Shown here: positions 56,276-63,783 of the stretch, one piece after another
How the letters are laid out: each line of letters opens with the position of its first letter
Position numbering within the stretch: the stretch's first letter is position 1
Position numbers and translations under genes: made by a program
Assembly (NCBI GenBank): GCA_038065495.1
Contig: JBBTQW010000002.1
Span: 261,373 to 325,372, forward strand
Length of the DNA: 64,000 nt
Direction: 5' to 3'
From: Patescibacteria group bacterium
GTDB taxonomy: Bacteria > Patescibacteriota > Minisyncoccia > Phycocordibacterales > JACOZG01
The notes under the pieces: model-generated
What the model was told of the DNA's origin: nothing
The model's input: only the letters and a program-made list of their open reading frames with translations
Database searches by the model: none

Positions 56276-57400
56276 CTAATTTTTGACGCAGAAAGCAACA
56301 GAGATAGACGGTATTGGGTGACTGTGGATTGGCCGACTCAACAAACTAGTACCAAGTTCTGGACCAATAGCAAAAATGCCCTCCGCTTCGTGACTCTTGG
56401 AATAATCAGGTCCGGTTTTGGCGGTCCAATTGGTAGTGCCAGGGGCATGTGCGGAATCGGAACCAATCACAAACCGCGCGTTGAAAGAGGGATCGAGACT
56501 CCAACCAGCCGGGCAAGTGCCAGCTTTGGTCATCACCACTGAACCAGCCGGAAACGCGTCACTACCACCACCCGTCGGAGGAGTTGGGGTGCCAGAGCCG
56601 CCGCCCAAGCAATTTACTGTATTCCCATTGCTATCAGTTGTGCAAATAGAGCCACCTCTAACAGCTGCGCCGCTAACCGTCCCACCAGAACTGACATTGT
56701 TCGAAACAGTCACACTCCCACCAGAAACATTAAGATTCCCACCCACTCGCGCGGCACCAGCCACATCGAGTTTGACGCCAGAAATTGCCCCGGCACTGAC
56801 TCCAGTGCCAATACCAAGGGCACCACCGTTGATAATTACATCACGTTGGCCACCAACCGCGGCCGGAGTAAGCACCATATTGCCGCTACCGCTCGCGCGT
56901 AGGATCAAACTCGCATGATTAGCGTCACCAGCGACGCCGGAAAGAAGCCCCTTATTCTCACCAACAATACCAACATTACCGCCAGCCACGGTTAGTTTGG
57001 AATTCGGAGTATTGGTGCCGATGCCAACGTTATCGCCAATATTAAGAGGAAAAAGACTGGAGCCAGTCCGAGACCAGAAGTTTGTGCTTGGATCGCCAGA
57101 GCCCCCACCAGAACTAGGCGTGGCCCACTGCGCAAAACCAGTCACCGGATCAGCAGTCAGAAACTGCCCGGCAAGCGGCTTAAATCCATTAACGAGCAAC
57201 TCTCCCAAGAGATTCAGCCCGCCAAGCTCCAAGCGCCCAGATTTACTTTGTTGGCTACTGCTTACATTAATCGGTTCGGCGGTATTAGGACAACCCGCTC
57301 CTGGCCCAGAACAATCAGCTGGAGCATCGTTCCAAGCCGCCATCACGCTCCCGGCGAGAACTAAAGCAAAAATTGGCAAAATAATTTTTAAATATTTCAT
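56276..57400 (-). CDS. Secreted Gly-rich beta-helix-like protein with a C-terminal phage-tail-collar-like domain.
   Basis: Signal peptide MKYLKIILPIFALVLAGSVMA. Gly-rich repeats (GGNVGIVGENKG, GALGIGTGVSAG, GGNLNVSGGSV). C-terminal PAGWSLDPSFNARFVIG...RPIHSHPIPS resembles the Collar P.GW...R...H.H pattern. Confidence 0.55.
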   Translation of the reverse strand: MKYLKIILPIFALVLAGSVMAAWNDAPADCSGPGAGCPNTAEPINVSSSQQSKSGRLELGGLNLLGELLVNGFKPLAGQFLTADPVTGFAQWATPSSGGGSGDPSTNFWSRTGSSLFPLNIGDNVGIGTNTPNSKLTVAGGNVGIVGENKGLLSGVAGDANHASLILRASGSGNMVLTPAAVGGQRDVIINGGALGIGTGVSAGAISGVKLDVAGAARVGGNLNVSGGSVTVSNNVSSGGTVSGAAVRGGSICTTDSNGNTVNCLGGGSGTPTPPTGGGSDAFPAGSVVMTKAGTCPAGWSLDPSFNARFVIGSDSAHAPGTTNWTAKTGPDYSKSHEAEGIFAIGPELGTSLLSRPIHSHPIPSISVAFCVKN

Positions 57401-57420
57401 ATTTTTTTAAATAATAATTT

Positions 57421-57732
57421 TTATTGCGCTTTTAAAGATTCTAATAATTTCTCGCGGTCAGCGTCGGTTAGCTTGGTGGGTTTGCTGGACTTCAGGCCTT
57501 TTAGCAACGCCGCGCGTTCGGCTTCGGTCAACGAGGTTGGCTCGGTAGCGCGGAGTGACTGGAGTAATTGCGCGCGGCGAGCCTCTTCGGCATCTTCCTC
57601 GGAAGCAGCTGGCGCAGGCGCAGGCGCGCCGTCGCGGTAATTGGAAACATAATAAACACCGATCCACACGATTGCCGTAATGGCGGCTAATATAGCGATC
57701 ACTTTGTAAAATTTTTCGGCAGACATGCTCAA
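57421..57732 (-). CDS. Small membrane-anchored protein with a 15-aa tandem repeat (SLTEAERAALLKGLK, KLTDADREKLLESLK).
   Basis: N-terminal TM helix, a PAPAPA linker, three copies of an L-T-x-A-x-R-x-x-L-L-x-x-L-K motif. An extended -10 (TGTTACAAT, RC) sits 6 nt before the ATG. Confidence 0.5.
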   Translation of the reverse strand: MSMSAEKFYKVIAILAAITAIVWIGVYYVSNYRDGAPAPAPAASEEDAEEARRAQLLQSLRATEPTSLTEAERAALLKGLKSSKPTKLTDADREKLLESLKAQ

Positions 57733-57776
57733 ATTGTAACACAGGCTGGTTTAACTTGTTTAGATTTACTAGCCAG

Positions 57777-57805
57777 TTGACTGTTGATAACTCTAAGTAT
57801 ATAGT
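57777..57805 (+). promoter_or_regulatory. nusA promoter (TTGACT, 17-nt spacer, TATAGT).
   Basis: TTGACT at 57777..57782 and TATAGT at 57800..57805. Confidence 0.5.
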
Positions 57806-57877
57806 GGTAGCAGACCTGTCCCGACCTCGGAACGGGCGTTTTTACTCAAAAATTTTCTAAAAAACTAATAAATTATT

Positions 57878-59134
57878 ATGATGGATCTCAAAACAATGCG
57901 CTCGGCTCTGGAACAACTGGAAGAAGAGCGTGGTATCCCTAAAGAGAAAATCCTAAGCGCGATTGAAGACGCGCTAATTGCCGCGTATAAAAAAGATTAC
58001 GGTCAGAAGGACCAAATAGTGCGCACCAAGTTTGATTACGCTACCGGCAAAGTAGACTTTTATCAGGTCAAGATTGTGGTGGATGAGAGTATGCTCTTGA
58101 GCGAAGACGAATTAAGCAAAAGTGAAAATCTGGATGAGGTGGAAGCTGGCAAGACAGAACAAACAGAGTTAAAGCCTGATGAGAAAGTAAAATTTAACGA
58201 AGAGCAACACATCATGCTCGCGGATGCGAAGAAAATAAAAGCTGACGCTAAGCTGGGCGATGAACTAATTTTCCCACTCGAGGCCAAAGATGATTACGGT
58301 CGCATCGCGGCGCAAACGGCCAAGCAAGTGATTATCCAGCGCTTGCGCGAGGCCGAGAAGCAGTCGGTACTCACCGAATATTCTGGCCGTGAGGGTGAGA
58401 TTATGAATGGCAAAGTGCAGAAGATGGAACGCGGCAATGTGTTTGTAGATCTCGGACGCACTACCGGTCTACTCGCTCGTGAAGAGCAAATCCCGGGCGA
58501 ATATTATCGCCAAGGCGAACGCATCAAGACCTATCTCTATGATGTGGAAGAAACGCCAAGAGGAATCAACTTGCGTCTCTCGCGCGCGCATCCTAAATTT
58601 GTGGAAAAATTGTTTGCCGTGGAAGCGCCAGAGATCGCCAGCGGCGTGGTGAGCATCCGGGCCATTGCTCGCGAGCCGGGCGCGCGGACCAAGATTGCCG
58701 TCCACTCTAGCGACCCAAATGTGGATCCAGTTGGATCCTGTGTGGGCCAGCGCGGCGTACGCGTGAATACAGTAATCTCCGAACTCGGCGGCGAGAAAAT
58801 TGATATTATTGAGTGGAGCGAGGATCCCGAAACTTTTATCTCCAGCGCGCTCTCACCGGCGAAAATTAACAAAGTCACACTATTTAAAGAAGATAACCGC
58901 GCGCAGATTGAGGTGGACGCGGATCAGTTCTCACTAGCCGTCGGTCGCGGTGGGCAGAATGCTCGCCTCGCCGCGCGTCTCACCGGCTGGAAAATCGACA
59001 TTATTCCCCCAGCTTCGATGACGGAGACGAAAAAAGCTGAAACTCCAGAAGTAACTCCAGAAAATGTTGCAGAAGTAAAAACTGAAAGTTCTGAAATTGA
59101 AAGTGAGAAGACCGAAACAGAGAAGTCAGAATAA
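57878..59134 (+). CDS. nusA: Transcription termination/antitermination factor NusA (short form, acidic tail, no AR domains).
   Basis: N-terminal domain, S1 and two KH domains (GxxG motifs VGQRGVRV and VGRGGQNARLA). 418 aa. Confidence 0.88.
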   Translation: MMDLKTMRSALEQLEEERGIPKEKILSAIEDALIAAYKKDYGQKDQIVRTKFDYATGKVDFYQVKIVVDESMLLSEDELSKSENLDEVEAGKTEQTELKPDEKVKFNEEQHIMLADAKKIKADAKLGDELIFPLEAKDDYGRIAAQTAKQVIIQRLREAEKQSVLTEYSGREGEIMNGKVQKMERGNVFVDLGRTTGLLAREEQIPGEYYRQGERIKTYLYDVEETPRGINLRLSRAHPKFVEKLFAVEAPEIASGVVSIRAIAREPGARTKIAVHSSDPNVDPVGSCVGQRGVRVNTVISELGGEKIDIIEWSEDPETFISSALSPAKINKVTLFKEDNRAQIEVDADQFSLAVGRGGQNARLAARLTGWKIDIIPPASMTETKKAETPEVTPENVAEVKTESSEIESEKTETEKSE

Positions 59135-59157
59135 TTTTAGTTTTTAGAAAATTAAGA

Positions 59158-59190
59158 AAGCCCGCGACTTTTCAGTCGCGGGCTTTTGTT
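59158..59190. terminator. Strong intrinsic terminator after nusA.
   Basis: gcccgcgact-tttc-agtcgcgggc forms a 10-bp perfect stem, followed by TTTTGTT. An A-rich run sits on the other side. Confidence 0.8.
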
Positions 59191-59208
59191 CACAAAATGA
59201 CTCTATTT

Positions 59209-59721
59209 CTACTTCACTTCAACGAAGCAGAGCAGAATACCCCCAACCCACTCGGTTTCTCCGTCAATAACCATCGACTGAAAAACTGGATTGCTTTGAA
59301 TCTTCGTACTGGGCAGGTTGTTATGATCATTTGAATCATAAGAAAGGGCGTGATAGCCGTGGTAACAGCTTGAACACTCCTCAAAGTTTCCCTGCTCTTT
59401 GAGCAAGTCCAAACCAAGTTGACCCAGCAAGACACCTCCTTTGAGGTTAATGAACGCGAGGTGCTCTTGGCAAGTACTAGTCAGACCATTTCTAGAGTGG
59501 CAGTAGCCACTCACACTAAACTTACGTCCGTCGGGGTGCGTAACAATGCCGAGATTAAGATCAGCCACAAGCGCGAACCTATCCGCCAGAGGGATGGATT
59601 CATCGATGACCTTCTGCAAGAAGTCACTGATCTTTCTGGGATCTCTCTTGCCGTCGAGCACAAGCTTATTAACACTAGCTTGCACTTTCCACAAACGTAC
59701 GATTTCGGAGTCACTACTCAT
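59209..59721 (-). CDS. Hypothetical Cys/His-rich protein (170 aa).
   Basis: CHSRNG...CQEH...ECSSCYHGYH may form a metal-binding cluster. No family recognised. Confidence 0.45.
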   Translation of the reverse strand: MSSDSEIVRLWKVQASVNKLVLDGKRDPRKISDFLQKVIDESIPLADRFALVADLNLGIVTHPDGRKFSVSGYCHSRNGLTSTCQEHLAFINLKGGVLLGQLGLDLLKEQGNFEECSSCYHGYHALSYDSNDHNNLPSTKIQSNPVFQSMVIDGETEWVGGILLCFVEVK

Positions 59722-59895
59722 GACACTTTCTCCTGTAAAAGAACCATCTGTCCGCTACTAACGGACATACCCCGGTAAAAACTGCCGGAATTCAGTTGCA
59801 GTGAAATACTGCTCCAACTCCCATTCTATCACAAACAGGTTTGAAAGTCAAGTGGTTATCAAAAAATGGCCTAAAATATAGCTTTTTCAATATAT

Positions 59896-59923
59896 TTGAC
59901 AGATATTACTCACGCGCTAAAAT
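59896..59923 (+). promoter_or_regulatory. ppa promoter (TTGACA, 16-nt spacer, TAAAAT) placed 6 nt before the ATG, so the transcript is likely leaderless.
   Basis: TTGACA at 59896..59901 and TAAAAT at 59918..59923. The ATG is at 59930. Confidence 0.5.
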
Positions 59924-59929
59924 AGTGAG

Positions 59930-60463
59930 ATGAACTTATGGCACGATATTGAACCGGGGACGAAAGACGCGATTAATGTGATCGTGGAGATTAATAAAGG
60001 CAGTAAAAATAAGTATGAGGTGGATAAAGAAACAGGCCTGATTGCGCTAGATCGAGTCTTGCACAGTGCCCAAGATTTCCCTTGCGATTACGGCTTCGTG
60101 CCCCAAACACTCTGGGACGACAATGATCCGGTAGATGTGATTCTGCTCACGACTAATCCCCTCGTGCCGGGCTTGCTAGTGCGAGCGCGGCCGGTCGCTA
60201 TTATGAATATGATTGACTCTGGCGATGCGGATGACAAGCTCATCGCCGTGCCAGTGGACGATCCAAGATGGCAGAAAGTGCAAGATCTCGCTGATCTGAA
60301 CCCGCATACGCTGAAAGAGTTGCAACACTTCTATGAGACTTACAAGCAGCTGCAAGGCAAAGAAGTGAAGATTAACGGCTTTAAGGGCAAAACAGAAGCC
60401 GAGCAAGCCTTTGCTCGCGGCTGTGAGCTATATGCCCAGAAATTTAGTGTTGAGAAAAAATAG
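59930..60463 (+). CDS. ppa: Inorganic pyrophosphatase (family I).
   Basis: VIVEINKGSKNKYEVDKETG, DNDPVDVILL, and DDKLIAVPVDDPRW. Confidence 0.88.
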   Translation: MNLWHDIEPGTKDAINVIVEINKGSKNKYEVDKETGLIALDRVLHSAQDFPCDYGFVPQTLWDDNDPVDVILLTTNPLVPGLLVRARPVAIMNMIDSGDADDKLIAVPVDDPRWQKVQDLADLNPHTLKELQHFYETYKQLQGKEVKINGFKGKTEAEQAFARGCELYAQKFSVEKK

Positions 60464-60519
60464 GTTATAATGGGAAAATAGTTTAGATTATTAGGTTTTT
60501 TAATAAAAAAGAAATAAAT

Positions 60520-61209
60520 ATGCGCAAGTTATTAGTGTTGTTGCTTGTAAGTTTGTTTTGTTTGCCAGTTCTAGCTAGCGCCGAAGAGGGTTATCTCAAG
60601 ACGCTCAAGCCAATCCCCGCCGAGCGCGAGGCAAAGCTGAAAGAGATGAAAGCGAAACTAGAGGCGAGCCGGCAAGAAATAGAACTAAAAAAGAAAGATC
60701 TGCTGGAAAAACGCGACGCGAACAAAGAAGCGCGTGATGTGCGGCAAGAAGATCGTCAGGAGGATAGACAAGAGAAGCGCGCCGGTCAGATTGGTAATTA
60801 TGTTGAGAAAATCACAGAGCGCGTGAGCTTGGTGTTGAAAAATCTGGAGAATCTGGATAACAAGCTCAAGACTCATCTGGATAAGCTCGCCAGCCAGGGA
60901 ACGGATGTAACGAGCTGGAAAGCGAGCGAGGCAAAACTAGCTGCTGATATTGCGGCGGCCAAGGCGGCGCTGGCTGACTTACCAAGCAAACTAGCCACAC
61001 TAACCGCAACGGAAAAACTGACGGTAACGGAAGCCAAGACTGTGCGCGAGGCGGTGGCTAGCGTCTTGAAAATCGTCAAGACCATTGGCCAAGACTTGCA
61101 CAAACTGGTGCAGGAGATCCGTGCCGCCATGCCTAAGCCGGCCAACACACTTAAGCCAAGCGCGACGGAAGCTAGAACCGCTTCCCCAGCGGCGGTGGAA
61201 ATGCAGTAG
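60520..61209 (+). CDS. Secreted coiled-coil, charged protein.
   Basis: Signal peptide MRKLLVLLLVSLFCLPVLASA. An RQEDRQEDRQEKR repeat. Predicted alpha-helical. Confidence 0.5.
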   Translation: MRKLLVLLLVSLFCLPVLASAEEGYLKTLKPIPAEREAKLKEMKAKLEASRQEIELKKKDLLEKRDANKEARDVRQEDRQEDRQEKRAGQIGNYVEKITERVSLVLKNLENLDNKLKTHLDKLASQGTDVTSWKASEAKLAADIAAAKAALADLPSKLATLTATEKLTVTEAKTVREAVASVLKIVKTIGQDLHKLVQEIRAAMPKPANTLKPSATEARTASPAAVEMQ

Positions 61210-61236
61210 AAATTAGAAAAATAATAAACATAAAAC

Positions 61237-61542
61237 ATGAACGGAGACAACACTATGGATCAGAACAACAACTCCAGCGGCTCGCTGGTGGGCTCGATCA
61301 TCGTCGTGATTATCTTGATCATCGGCGCGATTTATTTGTTTAGTTCTAAAACTAATGCGCCGGTAATGCCGGCCAGCGAAACTGGCTTGAGTAGTGAGCA
61401 AAATATGCCGGGCACTACGGAAACAGTCACGACAGAAATTGTAACGGAAGAAACGCTAAGTGCGGACGCCGATATGAGCGCGCAAGAAGCGGCAGAATTG
61501 GAAACTAGCATTAACACGCTCAACCAAGAAGCGGGTTTGTAA
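61237..61542 (+). CDS. Small single-pass membrane protein with an acidic, T/E-rich tail.
   Basis: LVGSIIVVIILIIGAIYLF TM helix. 101 aa. Confidence 0.45.
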   Translation: MNGDNTMDQNNNSSGSLVGSIIVVIILIIGAIYLFSSKTNAPVMPASETGLSSEQNMPGTTETVTTEIVTEETLSADADMSAQEAAELETSINTLNQEAGL

Positions 61543-61604
61543 AACTCGCCAGAAATGCTTTAATTAGAGGCCGGCTTTAAGCTGGCTTTTAATTTGTTAA
61601 AAAT

Positions 61605-62561
61605 ATGGAACTAAAAATCACTAAATTAGAGAATAGCGAAGTGGAACTGACAGGCGAAATTGCCGCGGAAAAATTTGAAAGCTTTAGAACCAGAGCGCTA
61701 GCTAAGCTCAACCAAGAAGTGAAGATAGACGGCTTCCGAACCGGACACATTCCGGCGGATATCTTGGCGAGCAAAATTGGCGAAGAAAAGATTTTACTCG
61801 AGATGGCGGAACTAGCGCTACAAAATATTTATCCCGAAATTTTGCAAGCAAACAAAATCGACGCACTTGGCCGACCAGCGATTACCCTCACGAAAATTGC
61901 AAAAGGCAATCCGCTCGGTTTCGTGATCAAGACGGCAGTTAGACCAGAATTTACTCTGCCGGATTACACAAAATTAGAGAAACCAGAGACAGAAATAATT
62001 CCGGAAATTACAGAAAAAGAAGTAGACGAAGTGGTGGAAAATATTAAGAAGAATCAGGAAACGCAAAAAATAGAACCAGAAAAAATTACAGAAATCACAG
62101 CCGAACAGCGCGAAATAATTAAGCAGAACTTGAAGCTAGAACGCGAGCGGAGAAACAGAGAAAAAACGCGACTGAAGATTATGGATAATTTGCTAGAACA
62201 AGCAAAAATTACTTTGCCAAATGTGCTGGTAGAAAGTGAATTAGATAAAATGGCGCATGAGATGAAGCACCAGATCGAGCAAATGGGTCTCAAGTTTGAG
62301 GATTATCTCAAGCACATCAAGAAAGAAGAAAAAGATTTGCGCGCGGATTGGCAGAGCGAAGCGGAAAAGCGTTTAAAGACCGGTTTGCTGATTGCCGAAA
62401 TTGCTAAGCAAGCGAAACTAGAACCAAAACCTGAAGAAATCGAGAAAGAGGTGAAACATTTGCAAGAACACTACAAGGATGTCCCGGCCGAGAATTTGCG
62501 GCATTATGTGAGCGAGATGCTCTTGGTAGAGATGGTTTGGAAATTATTGGAAAATAAATAA
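61605..62561 (+). CDS. tig: Trigger factor lacking the FKBP/PPIase domain.
   Basis: N-terminal ribosome-binding signature GFRTGHIPADIL (GFRxGxxP). 318 aa. Followed by clpP. Confidence 0.65.
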   Translation: MELKITKLENSEVELTGEIAAEKFESFRTRALAKLNQEVKIDGFRTGHIPADILASKIGEEKILLEMAELALQNIYPEILQANKIDALGRPAITLTKIAKGNPLGFVIKTAVRPEFTLPDYTKLEKPETEIIPEITEKEVDEVVENIKKNQETQKIEPEKITEITAEQREIIKQNLKLERERRNREKTRLKIMDNLLEQAKITLPNVLVESELDKMAHEMKHQIEQMGLKFEDYLKHIKKEEKDLRADWQSEAEKRLKTGLLIAEIAKQAKLEPKPEEIEKEVKHLQEHYKDVPAENLRHYVSEMLLVEMVWKLLENK

Positions 62562-62595
62562 AGACCGCTGGGCGTACCATGCGGTCTTTCTGTGG
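62555..62595. terminator. Hairpin between the convergent tig and MYG1-like genes.
   Basis: agaccgc-(12-nt loop)-gcggtct forms a 7-bp stem flanked by U-rich (plus) and A/T-rich (minus) runs. Confidence 0.45.
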
Positions 62596-62610
62596 TTGGA
62601 GTCGGGGAAT

Positions 62611-63603
62611 TTATGCCTCGACTGCAACCGGAACTGGTGACGAGTTCGGTACCGAAGTAGAACCTTCGGCAAAAGCTCGCTTGACGCAAGCCACGATCTC
62701 ATCGAGAGAGAGCTTGCTCGGTGGGACATCTGTGGCCGTGAGACTGCCATTGAACAGGCCAATCGCGGCCAACCACCAACATTCGGCGCCCGCCACTCGA
62801 CCCTCGGCCAACAAGGCTTGAAAATCAACAGACTCACAGCCGTGCAGGCTTCGTTCGGCCAAACGAATTTGCCGGGCGATCTCTGGCAATCTCTGCTGTG
62901 CCGGACCACGGACGAAAATGTAGTGGTGGCCAGTATCGGGATTGCTCTGTACTACGGTGACACTGCCGCCCTTAACGAAATGGCGATAGCCGGCCGCCCG
63001 ATTGGTCTCTGGGTTAGCGGTGGTGACCACAACCAATGTGTGTGACTTGCCACCAATCTGGGCCAGTCGTTCTGGAAGAACGAACCCGTCCAGAAAATTG
63101 AGCGCCGCCAAGAAAGTCTCCTGCTCCTTCAGTTTGGCATCGAGAGCGTCGAAGACCCAATTCATTACCCATTTTGGATCCATCCCAGACTTGTGCATCG
63201 ACTTAACGATCGAGCCCAAGCTGAACGCCCCAAAACCGGCCTCAAGATCCTCTTTTCTCACATGTTCAAGGATCATGTCCAGCTCTCGCCGTTCCAGCAA
63301 ACCCAGATGCCGAGCAACCAGCGTGGCGGTGCACTCACCCACCTTGCGGCTGCTTCCGTCTGCCGGATGTTCATCGAAGCGGCCACCGCCGATACCGATG
63401 AACAATGTTCCCTCGGCCTCATGCTCCTGCCACGACTTCCCGTCCGGCGGCTGATTCCCATCGCCCCAGAACTCCACCGGAGCTTCTGGAACTCCTGGGA
63501 AAAGCTTCTGCCCGAAAACCCACAACAGCCAAATGGCCACAATCTCATCGAGATGAGGCCAACAGTGAGTCACAATCCTGTTAACCGTAAATGGTTTTGC
63601 CAC
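62611..63603 (-). CDS. MYG1/UPF0160-like metal-dependent hydrolase. GC-rich, antisense insert between tig and clpP.
   Basis: RIVTHCWPHLDEIVAIWLL resembles the MYG1 GTHxGxFHxDExLAxxLL motif. GIGGGRFDEH resembles MYG1 GG.YDP..RFDHH. Likely GTG start at 63603, with AGGAG 6 nt upstream. The ORF track extends to 63735. Confidence 0.5.
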   Translation of the reverse strand: MAKPFTVNRIVTHCWPHLDEIVAIWLLWVFGQKLFPGVPEAPVEFWGDGNQPPDGKSWQEHEAEGTLFIGIGGGRFDEHPADGSSRKVGECTATLVARHLGLLERRELDMILEHVRKEDLEAGFGAFSLGSIVKSMHKSGMDPKWVMNWVFDALDAKLKEQETFLAALNFLDGFVLPERLAQIGGKSHTLVVVTTANPETNRAAGYRHFVKGGSVTVVQSNPDTGHHYIFVRGPAQQRLPEIARQIRLAERSLHGCESVDFQALLAEGRVAGAECWWLAAIGLFNGSLTATDVPPSKLSLDEIVACVKRAFAEGSTSVPNSSPVPVAVEA

Positions 63604-63783
63604 GAGAAACTCCTCTTGTTTGATTGACGAAGATCGAGATTTAGAGAGCTTAGGCAAAAACTGCCCAATACCACTCTCAACCCCAATTATAGCAAATACA
63701 CAGAGCTTGTCAAGGGCTAGGCTAAAAAGGTTCAACTAGGGTCACATTTGCAAAATTAGGGGAAATTCGTTAAGATTCGCCAC

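Noticed and set aside
56276-57400. Prophage or phage remnant suggested by the tail-collar-like domain.
   Set aside because: No integrase, terminase, capsid, portal or other phage genes are anywhere in the window. Collar domains occur in non-phage bacterial proteins.
57812-57850. Attenuator hairpin in the nusA leader (cccg...cggg plus T5).
   Set aside because: Only 4-5 bp can pair. That is too weak to call.
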